This document shows, piece after piece, positions 38,564-47,786 of a DNA stretch of 64,000 nucleotides. Source of the DNA: Acidobacteriota bacterium (lineage in GTDB: Bacteria > Acidobacteriota > UBA6911 > RPQK01 > JAJDTT01); contig OZ242374.1 in assembly GCA_965209055.1 (NCBI GenBank), positions 3,584,001 through 3,648,000 on the forward strand. Direction: 5' to 3'. Positions within the stretch are counted from its first letter, which is position 1; each line of letters starts with the position of its first letter. The position numbers and the translations under genes are program-made. Below the pieces are notes generated by a model, which was given only the letters and a program-made list of their open reading frames with translations, made no database searches and had not been told where the DNA came from.

Positions 38564-39226
38564 ATGCGCGTTGTGAGTTCCTTTGAGATCGAGTCGGACG
38601 CGGTGGAGCCGTTCTTCAAGAACGGCTACATCCTGTCGTGTCCGGCCAGCGGAAACGCCATCTACATCGACCCTGGGGACGAGGCTCCCCGCCTCCTGGC
38701 CCGCGTGCGGGAACGCCGTCTCAGCCTGATCGCCGTGGTGCTGACCCATGCCCACGTGGATCACATTACGGGCGTCGGACAAGTCGTGGAGGAATGGAGA
38801 ACTCCCATCTACCTGCATCCTGAGGATCGTTCCATCTACGACGCTCTGCCCGAGTGGGGCTATTGGTTCGGGCTCAACTGCGATCCTGCGCCGCCGCCGA
38901 CCGACATCCTGGAGGACGGACAGACGCTGAGCCTGGATTGTCTGCGGATCCGGGTGCATCACACCCCCGGCCACTCCCCGGGCAGCGTCTCGCTGGAGGT
39001 GGAGAATCACCTGTTCTGCGGGGACACCGTGTTCCAGGGATCCATCGGCCGGACCGATCTGCCCTTGGCCTCCTACGAAGTCCTGATCGAGACCATTCGA
39101 AACAGGATCCTTCCCCTGGGGGACGACGTCGTCCTCTACCCGGGCCACGGACCCGAGACCACGGTGGGCGAGGAACGCCTCGGCAACCCGTTCCTGACGG
39201 GGGCGGCCCGCCCCGTCGGCTTTTAG
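38564..39226 (+). CDS. MBL-fold metallo-hydrolase (glyoxalase II-like)
   Basis: THAHVDH, HTPGHSPG, GDTVF..SIGRTDL, PGHG. Confidence 0.92.
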   Translation: MRVVSSFEIESDAVEPFFKNGYILSCPASGNAIYIDPGDEAPRLLARVRERRLSLIAVVLTHAHVDHITGVGQVVEEWRTPIYLHPEDRSIYDALPEWGYWFGLNCDPAPPPTDILEDGQTLSLDCLRIRVHHTPGHSPGSVSLEVENHLFCGDTVFQGSIGRTDLPLASYEVLIETIRNRILPLGDDVVLYPGHGPETTVGEERLGNPFLTGAARPVGF

Positions 39227-39272
39227 CCGGGCCAGGCAACGACTCCGAAGGAACGACCGCTCCCGGAAGACA

Positions 39273-39995
39273 ATGATGGGGCCGCCCTGGAAGATACGGT
39301 GGGTCTTCTTCGACGCGGTGGGAACCCTGTTCCGCGTGCGCGGCTCGGTGGGCGAGGTCTACGGCCGGGAGGCGTTCCGTTACGGGTTCGAGGGCGATCC
39401 GGACCGTCCCGCGTACGCCGCCGTCGACCGTGCCTTCAAGCGAGCCTTTCGGAAGGTGCAGGCGGCGTCTCCTCTGGCGGGAAGATCGGGAGAAGCCGCA
39501 CAGAAAGAGTGGTGGAGGGAAGTGGTCCGGGAAACCTTCAAGGGCCTGGGGCCGTTTCCCCGGTTCGAGAGCTTCTTTGAATCGGTCTTCGATCTCTTCG
39601 CCACGGACGCCGCGTGGGTTTTGGAGCCTGGGTGCCGGCGGGTCCTGAATCGTCTCAAGCTCCAGGGGCGAAACCTGGGGATCATCTCCAACTTCGACAG
39701 CCGGATCGATTCGGTCCTGGAGGCATTGGAAATCCGGCAATTCTTCGATCTGATAGCAGTTTCCTCCCGGTCGCCTCACGCCAAGCCGGAGGAAGCGATG
39801 TTCCGGACGGCGGTCCGCCAGGCCGGGGCCGATCCGGGCCGCTGCCTTCATGTGGGAGACCATCCGGAGGAGGACTACGACGCCGGCCGGGCCGCCGGCC
39901 TGCACGCTCTTCTTTACGATCCCGGCCGGCGTTGGACGGGCCGCGCCGAACACCGCGTCGATGATTTGCAAGGCGTCGGTTCGTTTTTGCTATAG
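39273..39995 (+). CDS. HAD-IA hydrolase (REG-2-like)
   Basis: FFDAVGTL, ISNFDSR, AKPE, HVGDHPEEDY. Confidence 0.9.
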   Translation: MMGPPWKIRWVFFDAVGTLFRVRGSVGEVYGREAFRYGFEGDPDRPAYAAVDRAFKRAFRKVQAASPLAGRSGEAAQKEWWREVVRETFKGLGPFPRFESFFESVFDLFATDAAWVLEPGCRRVLNRLKLQGRNLGIISNFDSRIDSVLEALEIRQFFDLIAVSSRSPHAKPEEAMFRTAVRQAGADPGRCLHVGDHPEEDYDAGRAAGLHALLYDPGRRWTGRAEHRVDDLQGVGSFLL

Positions 39996-40052
39996 TGCAG
40001 CCTCTTGACGGCACCGGCCCGGGCCGAACGGCCCACCAACAGGAGAACCCCA

Positions 40053-40892
40053 GTGAAAGACCAGGTGATTCACGTCGCTCATAGTCCCGATAGTGACGAT
40101 GCCTTCATGTTCTACGCCCTGGCCACCGGCGCCATGGACACGGGCGGGCTTGAGTTCGTTCACGAACTCAAGGACATCGAAAGTCTGAATCAAGATGCCA
40201 AGCAAGGCCGCTACGAGGTGACGGCGGTGAGCATCCATGCCTACGCCTATCTCGCCGATCGCTATGCGCTGCTGGACAGCGGGGCCAGCATGGGTGAGGG
40301 ATACGGGCCGGTCCTGGTGGCGCGCGAACCGTGGGGTGTGGAACGGATCTCATCGCTGCTGGTGGCGGTGCCGGGGGAGCGGACCTCCGCACTCCTGGCG
40401 CTCAAGCTGTTGGAGCCCAATCTGCGGTACCGCGTGATCGACTTCGACCAGATCATCCCCGCGGTCCAGGCAGGAGAGGTGGATGCGGGCCTGATCATCC
40501 ACGAGGGCCAGTTGCTGTACGAGAGCCTGGGCCTTCATTGTGTGGTGGACCTGGGCCGCTGGTGGAATCAAGGTACCGGTCTTCCGCTTCCTCTGGGGGG
40601 GAACGTGATCCGGAGGGACCTGGGAACGGAACGGATCCACCAGGTCAGCCGGCTCTTGAAGGAGAGCATCCGCTACGCCCTGGAACATCGGGACGAGGCC
40701 TTGGACTACGCTCTGAGTTATGGCAGGGGACTGGGACGCCGGCAGGGCGACCAGTTCGTCGGGATGTACGTCAACGAACGCACCCTGAGCTATGGCGAGA
40801 AAGGGCGGCGGGCGGTCCGCCTCTTCCTGGAACGCGGATACTCCGCCGGCCTGATTCCCCACAGGCCGGATATCGAATTCGTGACCTGCTGA
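40053..40892 (+). CDS. mqnD: 1,4-dihydroxy-6-naphthoate synthase (futalosine menaquinone pathway)
   Basis: AHSPDSDDAFMFY, DIESLN, SMGEGYGP, IIHEGQL, LPLPLG, MYVNE. Confidence 0.9.
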   Translation: MKDQVIHVAHSPDSDDAFMFYALATGAMDTGGLEFVHELKDIESLNQDAKQGRYEVTAVSIHAYAYLADRYALLDSGASMGEGYGPVLVAREPWGVERISSLLVAVPGERTSALLALKLLEPNLRYRVIDFDQIIPAVQAGEVDAGLIIHEGQLLYESLGLHCVVDLGRWWNQGTGLPLPLGGNVIRRDLGTERIHQVSRLLKESIRYALEHRDEALDYALSYGRGLGRRQGDQFVGMYVNERTLSYGEKGRRAVRLFLERGYSAGLIPHRPDIEFVTC

Positions 40893-40920
40893 CGGGAAGA
40901 TCTCAAACGCCGGGGGGTTC

Positions 40921-40950
40921 TTGACACCACCTCTCGGGCAATCTCATAAT
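40921..40950 (+). promoter_or_regulatory. Sigma70-type promoter of the rrf2-cysM-mec-moeZ operon
   Basis: TTGACA (40921-26), 18 bp spacer, CATAAT (40945-50). Confidence 0.65.
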
Positions 40951-40957
40951 GCCGGCG

Positions 40958-40982
40958 AAAGTTGACTAAAACAGTAGGGATT
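40958..40982. promoter_or_regulatory. Putative Rrf2-family (IscR/CymR-type) operator
   Basis: AAAGTTGACTAAAACAGTAGGGATT resembles the IscR type-1 consensus ATASYYGACTRwwwYAGTCRRSTAT and lies between the promoter and the rrf2 start. Confidence 0.6.
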
Positions 40983-40993
40983 GTGGAGATTCC

Positions 40994-41410
40994 ATGAAGA
41001 TCACCGCGCGAGCCGACTACGCCATCCTGGCCATCTTCGAACTGGCGCTGCATCCTCCGACGACTCGCGTGCAGGCCCGGGAGCTGGCCGAGAGCCAGGA
41101 AATTCCGCTGAGGTTCCTGGAGCAGATTCTGATTCAGCTCAAGAAAGCGGGCATGGTCGAGAGTGTCCGGGGTGCCGCGGGCGGCTACAAACTGGCCTGT
41201 GCGCCCAGAGAGATCAGCCTGGCCCGGATCATGGAAGCGGTGGAGGGGGACGTGACCCTCCTCGATTCCAGAGTGAAGCCGACCTGTGTCTTGTACAAGG
41301 TCTGGCAGGAGATCGATCAGGAGTTCGTGGACAGGCTCGGGTCCATCACCGTCGAGGATCTGGTTCGCCGAAAGATCCGGGACGACCGAGTTCTGGTTTA
41401 CCATATCTGA
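40994..41410 (+). CDS. Rrf2-family regulator, CymR-like
   Basis: ADYAI, FLEQILIQLKKAG.VESVRGAAGGY. Lacks the IscR three-Cys cluster. C-terminus VYHI resembles CymR MFYI. Confidence 0.88.
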   Translation: MKITARADYAILAIFELALHPPTTRVQARELAESQEIPLRFLEQILIQLKKAGMVESVRGAAGGYKLACAPREISLARIMEAVEGDVTLLDSRVKPTCVLYKVWQEIDQEFVDRLGSITVEDLVRRKIRDDRVLVYHI

Positions 41411-41428
41411 GGAGCGCGCAAGAGACTC

Positions 41429-42352
41429 ATGGAAGTCGAACTGGAAGTCGAACCGAAAGAGAGTCTGCTGAGCCGGATCGGCAACACGCCGTTGGTGGAG
41501 ATCCGAAGGATTCTGCCGCCGGGCCGGGTCCGAATCCTGGCAAAGCTGGAGGGATTCAATCCCGGCGGATCGGTCAAGGACCGGGCCGCGTACAACATGA
41601 TCCGGACCGCCGAGGAACAGGGATTGCTGCGGCCGGGGCGCACGCTCATCGACTCCACCAGCGGAAATACGGGAATCGCATACGCCATGATCGGAGCCGC
41701 CCGGGGTTACGATGTCCTGTTGGCCATGCCCGCCAATGCCAGCATCGAACGGAAGAAGATTCTGCGGGCCTATGGCGCCAGGATTCGTCTGACCGATCCG
41801 TTGGAGGGCTCTGACGGAGCCATCCGGGAGATCCGCAGGCTCTACCGGGAGTCGCCGGAAAAATATTTCTACCCGGACCAATACAGCAATGACGCGAACT
41901 GGAAGGCCCACTACGAGACTACGGCGCTGGAAATCTACCGCCAGACCGGGGGCGAAATCACCCACTTCGTGGCGGGCCTGGGAACGAGTGGAACCTTTGT
42001 TGGAGCGACCCGCCGTCTCAAGGAGCTGAACCCTCGGATTCAGGCCGTCTCCTTCATGCCCGATTCCCCCTTCCATGGCCTGGAGGGCCTCAAGCACATG
42101 CCCACGGCGCTGGTTCCCGCCATCTACGATCCCGATCTGGCCGACTTGAATATGGAGATATCCACCGAAGCGGGGCAGCGGATGGTCCTGAGGCTGGCGC
42201 GGGAAGAGGGAATATTTGCGGGGATCTCCGCCGGCGCGGCCCTGGCGGCCGCGCTCGAGGTCGCTCGGAATCTGGATCAGGGCGTCATCGTGGCCATCTT
42301 CCCGGATTCGGGAGACAAGTACCTCTCGGAGGCATTCTGGGAGAGTGATTGA
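41429..42352 (+). CDS. cysM: Cysteine synthase family (CysM-like, PLP)
   Basis: IGNTPL, KLEGFNPGGSVKDR, TSGNTG, GLGTSGT, DSGDKYLS. Confidence 0.93.
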   Translation: MEVELEVEPKESLLSRIGNTPLVEIRRILPPGRVRILAKLEGFNPGGSVKDRAAYNMIRTAEEQGLLRPGRTLIDSTSGNTGIAYAMIGAARGYDVLLAMPANASIERKKILRAYGARIRLTDPLEGSDGAIREIRRLYRESPEKYFYPDQYSNDANWKAHYETTALEIYRQTGGEITHFVAGLGTSGTFVGATRRLKELNPRIQAVSFMPDSPFHGLEGLKHMPTALVPAIYDPDLADLNMEISTEAGQRMVLRLAREEGIFAGISAGAALAAALEVARNLDQGVIVAIFPDSGDKYLSEAFWESD

Positions 42353-42783
42353 TGCTCTATTTGAAACCGGAGGACCTGGAGCGCATCAAGGTTATTGCCG
42401 AAGCGGCCTATCCTCACGAGTGCTGCGGACTCCTGGTCGGTTCGGCGGGAACCGGCTTCAAGCGGGTATCGCGGGTAGTGGAGGCGCAGAACCAGAGGAG
42501 CGACAGCGCGGCCAATCGATACCTGATCGCGCCCGAGTTCCTGTTGGAATGGGAAAAGCGGCTCCGGGGGAGTCAATCGCAGATATTGGGTTTTTTTCAT
42601 AGCCACCCCGACGTGCCGGCCCGTCCGTCCCAGTATGATCGGGACCATGCGTGGCCCTGGTACTCGTACCTGATCGCTTCGGTGCGCCGCGGCAGGACGG
42701 CGGAGATATTGTCCTGGCTCCTGATGGAGGACCGCTCCAGCTTCGAGCCGGAAGAATGGGAATTGGAATCCCAGGGATCTTGA
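42349..42783 (+). CDS. mec: JAB/MPN+ (M67, Mec-like) metallopeptidase
   Basis: YPHECCG...HSHPDVPARPSQYD (E...HxH...S..D). Confidence 0.9.
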   Translation: MMLYLKPEDLERIKVIAEAAYPHECCGLLVGSAGTGFKRVSRVVEAQNQRSDSAANRYLIAPEFLLEWEKRLRGSQSQILGFFHSHPDVPARPSQYDRDHAWPWYSYLIASVRRGRTAEILSWLLMEDRSSFEPEEWELESQGS

Positions 42784-42814
42784 GATCTGTTCGTATCCGA
42801 TTAGGAGGAAAGCC

Positions 42815-44242
42815 ATGGCTGTCAAGGTGTTCATTCCCACTCCCCTGAGGCCCCATGTGGGCAACCGGGAGTCCTTGGAGTTGGAGGGAGCCACCATACG
42901 GGAGGTGCTGCAGAGCCTCACGGAGCAACACGGAACGCTCCGCAAGCACCTTTACACTCCCCAGGGGCGCCTGAGGAATTTCGTCAACGTCTATTTGAAC
43001 GACGAAGACATTCGATACCTGCAGAGGGAGGACACGGCCGTCAGCGACGGCGACACGGTCAGCATCGTTCCCTCCATCGCCGGCGGCAGTGTGGCGGCTG
43101 CCCCGCCAGGCCTCCTCACGCATGAGGAGATCCGGCGGTACAGTCGCCACCTGATCATGCCCGAGGTGGGTTTGGAGGGGCAGCGAAAGCTGAAGCAGGC
43201 CAGCGTCCTGTGCATCGGCGCCGGCGGCCTGGGGTCACCCCTGGCCATGTACCTGGCGGCGGCCGGAGTGGGCCGCCTGGGAATCGTGGATTTCGACGTG
43301 GTGGACGAGAGCAACCTGCAGCGGCAGATCCTTCATGGAACCGGCGACGTGGGGCGGCCCAAGCTGGAGTCGGCGCAGGAAACGTTGTCTCAAATCAATC
43401 CTCACGTCCAGGTGGAGACCCACCAGTTAAGACTCAGCTCCGAGAACGCCCTCGACCTGTTCCGGTACTACGACGTCGTCGCCGACGGAACCGACAACTT
43501 TCCCACCCGATATCTGGTCAACGACGCCTGTGTGTTGAGCGGAAAACCGAACGTCTATGCCAGCATCTTCCGGTTCGAGGGCCAGGCGTCGGTTTTCGCG
43601 CTGCCGGACGGACCCTGCTATCGCTGCCTCTACCCGGAGCCGCCACCCCCGGGTCTGGTGCCCTCGTGTGCCGAAGGGGGAGTCCTGGGGATTCTTCCGG
43701 GGCTGGTGGGGATCATCCAGGCGACCGAAGTCGTGAAGCTGATCCTGGAGCAGGGGGATCCCCTGGAGGGGCGGCTGCTCCTGTTCGACGCCCTGGGCAT
43801 GAAATTCCGGGAGCTGAAGCTGCGCAGAGACCCGGAATGCCCGGTTTGCGGTGATGAACCCACCTTGCACGATCTCATCGACTACGAACAGTTTTGCGGA
43901 ATCGAGCCTGAGTCAGCGACCGCAGTCGAGGAAATCTCGGCCGTGGAGCTGAAGCAGGAATTGGACCGGGGCGACGACGTCTTCATTCTGGACGTGCGCA
44001 ACCCGCCCGAGTACGAGATCTGCCGAATCGACGGGGCCCACCTGATCCCCTTGGGAGATCTGCTCAACCGGATCAACGAGTTGGACACCTCGCGGGAGAT
44101 CGTGGCCCAGTGCCGGTCGGGCGCCCGGAGCGCCCAGGCCGTGCAGCTATTGCGTCAGGCGGGCTTCCGGAAGGTCCGGAATCTGGAGGGCGGAATCCTG
44201 GCCTGGGCCCGGGACGTGGACCCCACCGTCCCAGCATACTGA
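42815..44242 (+). CDS. moeB: Ubiquitin-like (MoaD/CysO) - E1 adenylyltransferase (MoeB) - rhodanese fusion
   Basis: Residues 1-91 form a beta-grasp domain ending PSIAGG. Then RYSRH, GAGGLG, CYRC, PSCAEGG, CPVC, and a rhodanese domain with QCRSGARS. Confidence 0.93.
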   Translation: MAVKVFIPTPLRPHVGNRESLELEGATIREVLQSLTEQHGTLRKHLYTPQGRLRNFVNVYLNDEDIRYLQREDTAVSDGDTVSIVPSIAGGSVAAAPPGLLTHEEIRRYSRHLIMPEVGLEGQRKLKQASVLCIGAGGLGSPLAMYLAAAGVGRLGIVDFDVVDESNLQRQILHGTGDVGRPKLESAQETLSQINPHVQVETHQLRLSSENALDLFRYYDVVADGTDNFPTRYLVNDACVLSGKPNVYASIFRFEGQASVFALPDGPCYRCLYPEPPPPGLVPSCAEGGVLGILPGLVGIIQATEVVKLILEQGDPLEGRLLLFDALGMKFRELKLRRDPECPVCGDEPTLHDLIDYEQFCGIEPESATAVEEISAVELKQELDRGDDVFILDVRNPPEYEICRIDGAHLIPLGDLLNRINELDTSREIVAQCRSGARSAQAVQLLRQAGFRKVRNLEGGILAWARDVDPTVPAY

Positions 44243-44838
44243 CCCACGCCGTGTCCGGTTCGCCGGAGGCGATCCACCTGCTCCGGCAGGTTGATGTTGG
44301 TCACCACGCCCGAGTCCACAACGGACACCAGCAGCTGGGAACTCAACCGGCGCCTCACCACCCAGCGCGCTCCCTGGTTCATCGGGGCTTGCTTCAGCTC
44401 GGCAAAGAACCGTTGCGGGAAGAGCACCGGGTGTCCCTTCTTTCCACGGTGCCGGGGAATCAGGATGCAGGCGGGACACCGGGAATGTTCCCGGAGCAGG
44501 GCGCGGAGAGTGGACTGGGCCACGAGGGGGTGGTCCACGGCGTGCACCAGCGCGGCGTCGTAGCCATCGAGTTCCTTCAGAACCAGAAGGAGGCTGGAGA
44601 GGGGACCGCGGTCCGGATCGGGGTTCACCAGGACCCGGGCTGCCGCCGGTTCGAGCCGGCTCCGGATCTGGCGATGTTGCCGTCCCAGCACCACCCAGGG
44701 GTCAGTGCCGAGAGTCAGGTGGCAGTCGAGAACATGTTGCAGAAAGGTTTTACGCCCCAGTGGGAGCAGGGCCTTGGGGCGCCCCATGCGGCGGGAGTCG
44801 CCTGCGGCCAGAATCACGGAGGCGACCCGGTTCAGCAT
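44155..44838 (-). CDS. MocA/MobA-like nucleotidyltransferase
   Basis: ILAAGDSRRMGRPKALL, GPLSSL, AVDHP, GHPVLF, NINLPE. The 3' end overlaps moeB. Confidence 0.85.
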   Translation of the reverse strand: MLNRVASVILAAGDSRRMGRPKALLPLGRKTFLQHVLDCHLTLGTDPWVVLGRQHRQIRSRLEPAAARVLVNPDPDRGPLSSLLLVLKELDGYDAALVHAVDHPLVAQSTLRALLREHSRCPACILIPRHRGKKGHPVLFPQRFFAELKQAPMNQGARWVVRRRLSSQLLVSVVDSGVVTNINLPEQVDRLRRTGHGVGQYAGTVGSTSRAQARIPPSRFRTFRKPA

Positions 44839-45039
44839 GGGATGGTAGAATATCAGCCCGTGGCAAAAGTCGTCACGGCATTCGACCGTCCCTGCACAGG
44901 CGCGGACTGCGTTGCTATGGGCGCACATACTCCCGGTATGCGCGCCGTAAGCGCCTTGTCCGGCGGGCGCAGGAACGGTTTCGGTGCTCGCGGGACTTTC
45001 ACCACGGACTGATAGACGAAGCAGGAGTACCGGCAGGAA

Positions 45040-45366
45040 ATGTCCATCACGATCACAGAAGCGGCTGCGGACAGGATCAAGCAGGGCCTCCACCAGGAGG
45101 GGCTCAGCCGAGGCGGACTTCGCCTGGGAGTCCGCGGAGGCGGATGTTCCGGACTGAGCTACGTCATGCGGTTCGAGGAGGAGAAGAAGCCGGGTGACCG
45201 GATCTTCGAAGCGTATGGCGTGCAGGTCTTCGTGGATATGAAGAGCTATCTTTTCCTGAAGGGCATGGGCCTGGACTGGCAGGGGTCGATGATGCAGCAG
45301 GGGTTCACCTTCGTGAATCCCAATGCCTCCCGAACCTGCAGTTGCGGGCAGTCCTTCGGAATCTGA
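45040..45366 (+). CDS. A-type Fe-S carrier (IscA/HesB)
   Basis: GGGCSGLSY, NPNASRTCSCGQSF. Confidence 0.95.
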   Translation: MSITITEAAADRIKQGLHQEGLSRGGLRLGVRGGGCSGLSYVMRFEEEKKPGDRIFEAYGVQVFVDMKSYLFLKGMGLDWQGSMMQQGFTFVNPNASRTCSCGQSFGI

Positions 45367-45424
45367 CTGCCGCGGCGCCTCCGAACCCTTGCGTCGTCAC
45401 GGACCGCGGTGACCCGGCGGAGAA

Positions 45425-45781
45425 TCAGGCGGGCCGGGTCAGGGTCACGGCCACCTCACTCAGTTTTTCCTTCAGTTCTGCAGGCCGTTTTCTGACCGTC
45501 ACCTGAACCCGGTCAATAGGGTTTTCCTCCAGCACGCGCTGGCAGAGAGTCCGGGCCAGCGCCTCCACCAGAAGATACTCCCTCTTGGCGGCGATGGCCC
45601 GCACGCGGTCCACAACCTTCACGTAGTCCACCGTCAGGTCGATGGAATCGCTGTTGCCGGCCGCCTCCAGGTCCAGGCCCAGGTCCAGATCGACCCGGAT
45701 CGATTGGGGCCGCGCTCGTTCCTCGCGGGTCACGCCGATGCGGGACCGGCACTCGATGTCCAGCAGACGGAGGCTATCCAT
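45425..45781 (-). CDS. folB: Dihydroneopterin aldolase
   Basis: IGVTREERARPQ, SDSIDLTVDY, LVEALA, VTVRK. Confidence 0.9.
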   Translation of the reverse strand: MDSLRLLDIECRSRIGVTREERARPQSIRVDLDLGLDLEAAGNSDSIDLTVDYVKVVDRVRAIAAKREYLLVEALARTLCQRVLEENPIDRVQVTVRKRPAELKEKLSEVAVTLTRPA

Positions 45782-45986
45782 GTCGGGCTTCGCATGCGAA
45801 CCGCCGGGGCGACCGGGCAGCCGCGGGCGTTCGGATGAGTCGGGCAACCGGCCGGGTTGCGATCGAGTCGCCGCGCCTTGGCCGGAAGCCGCTCCCGGTC
45901 GCGGCGTCACGCGGGATTCTCGCCGGCGGGGCGAGTTTACTCGATTCGCCGGGCCGAGTATATTGTGCCCCCAAGAGGAGGTCGCC

Positions 45987-46697
45987 ATGGGAATCGGTCG
46001 CGGAGTCGGGATCCAGTATCTGGGTCACAGTACGTTTCTGTTCACGTCACCGTCGGGACGGAAGGTGTTGATCGATCCCTGGACCGAAAACAACCCGGCC
46101 TGTCCCAAGGAGGCGGCGCAGATCGACTCGCTGGATGTCATCTTGGTGACCCACGGGCATTTCGATCATATTCAGGATGCCGTGAGTCTGGCCACCCGGC
46201 TGGAGCCGCAGGTCGTCTGCATCTTTGAGATCGCCAACTGGCTGGAAAACAAGGGCGTCTCCAACATCGTGGCCATGAACAAGGGTGGAACCGTGACCGT
46301 GGAGGGTCTCCGCGTCACCATGGTGGACGCCCGGCACAGTTCCGGGATCATGGCTGACGACGGCACCATGATCGAGGGTGGAGAGCCCGCCGGTTACGTG
46401 GTGGAGTTCGAAAACGGTCTCCGCATCTATTTCGCCGGCGATACCTGCGTCTTTGGCGATATGAAGATCATCGCCGAGATCTACCAGCCCGAGTTGATCT
46501 TCCTGCCCATCGGAGACCACTTCACCATGGGACCCGTGGAGGCGGCCTATGCGTGCCGGCTGCTGGACGCCCGCAAGGTGATTCCCATGCACTACGGGAC
46601 CTTTCCCATCCTCACCGGCACTCCGGACGAATTGGCCCGGCTGACCCGCGACCTGGGGACCGAGGTCATCGCCATGAGTCCTGGAGAGACTCTTTAG
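45987..46697 (+). CDS. UPF0173 metal-dependent hydrolase (MBL fold)
   Basis: YLGHSTF, THGHFDH, AMNKGG, YFAGDT, LPIGDHFTMG, IPMHYGTF. Confidence 0.92.
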   Translation: MGIGRGVGIQYLGHSTFLFTSPSGRKVLIDPWTENNPACPKEAAQIDSLDVILVTHGHFDHIQDAVSLATRLEPQVVCIFEIANWLENKGVSNIVAMNKGGTVTVEGLRVTMVDARHSSGIMADDGTMIEGGEPAGYVVEFENGLRIYFAGDTCVFGDMKIIAEIYQPELIFLPIGDHFTMGPVEAAYACRLLDARKVIPMHYGTFPILTGTPDELARLTRDLGTEVIAMSPGETL

Positions 46698-46781
46698 TCG
46701 TCGAATGCGCCGAGGCGGCCGGAGCCCGGAAGGCTCCCGATATGGGTGGAACCCTCGGTGCGCGCATCACTCCGGCTGAAA

Positions 46782-47786
46782 ATGAACCTTGAAAGTCGGA
46801 ACCAGTACCACTCGGTCCATGCCGGTGTCGGCTGGCGGGACCTTTCGGGCCGGGGAAAGCTCCTGGTGACGGGAGCGGACCGTGTCCGCTTTCTCCATTC
46901 CATGATCAGCAACGACGTCGAGGGTCTGGAGGACTACCAGGGCCGGTATGGCACCTTTCTGACCGCCCGCGGCAAGATGGTTGCCGATTTCTACTACTAC
47001 CGCTTGCCTCAAATGGTCCTCATGGACGTGGACCTTTCCCTGGCCGAGCGGACCCGGGAGGCGCTGGAGACCTACGTCATCATGGACGAGGTGGAGCTTT
47101 CGCTCAGCGGCCGCTTCAGCCACTTCTCGCTCCAGGGTCCGCGGACAGGGGATCTGGTTCGGGCGCTGTTTCAAGCCGAGGTCCCGGCCCAACCCCTTCA
47201 GGCCGTAGAGGCGGATTGGACCGGAGACTCCGCCTTGTTGGTCCATAAGGCGGATGTCGGGGTGGCGGGCTGCGAGATCATATTGTCCACCAATGACGCT
47301 TCGTCTTTTTCCCGGGCCCTGTCGGAGTGGAAGGGACCGTTCCCCGTCCGGAGGCTGGATCCCAAGGTGTGGAACCTGCTTCGAATCGAGGCCGCCATAC
47401 CGCAATTCGGCGTGGACATGGACGATGCCAACTACCCCATGGAGGCTCGCCTGGATTCGGCCATCAGTCTGACCAAGGGATGCTATCTGGGACAGGAGGT
47501 CGTGGCCAAGGCCACCCACATCGGCGGCGTCGGGAGATTTCTCATGGGCTTGGTCCTGGAAGGAGAAGAGACTCCAGAGCCGGGAGCCCGTGTGCTGAGT
47601 CCCGAAGGCAAGGCCATCGGTTCGGTCACCAGTGCCGTTGTTTCGAGGCGTCTGAGGGGGCCCATCGCCCTGGGGTACGTGAGGCGGGCCTTCGCCCGTC
47701 CCGGACAGGTTCTCGACGTGGAGCTGGGTCCCGGGAGTCAGGCCAAGGCGCGGGTTGTGGACCGCTTCACGGGTGAGGAAGCGTGA
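46782..47786 (+). CDS. ygfZ: Folate-binding Fe-S repair protein (YgfZ/GcvT family)
   Basis: DLSGRG, DRVRFLH, signature KGCYLGQE. Confidence 0.9.
   Translation: MNLESRNQYHSVHAGVGWRDLSGRGKLLVTGADRVRFLHSMISNDVEGLEDYQGRYGTFLTARGKMVADFYYYRLPQMVLMDVDLSLAERTREALETYVIMDEVELSLSGRFSHFSLQGPRTGDLVRALFQAEVPAQPLQAVEADWTGDSALLVHKADVGVAGCEIILSTNDASSFSRALSEWKGPFPVRRLDPKVWNLLRIEAAIPQFGVDMDDANYPMEARLDSAISLTKGCYLGQEVVAKATHIGGVGRFLMGLVLEGEETPEPGARVLSPEGKAIGSVTSAVVSRRLRGPIALGYVRRAFARPGQVLDVELGPGSQAKARVVDRFTGEEA

Noticed and set aside
40994-41410. Calling the Rrf2 protein IscR
   Set aside because: It lacks the three-Cys Fe-S ligand set. The tail and context fit CymR-like regulators.
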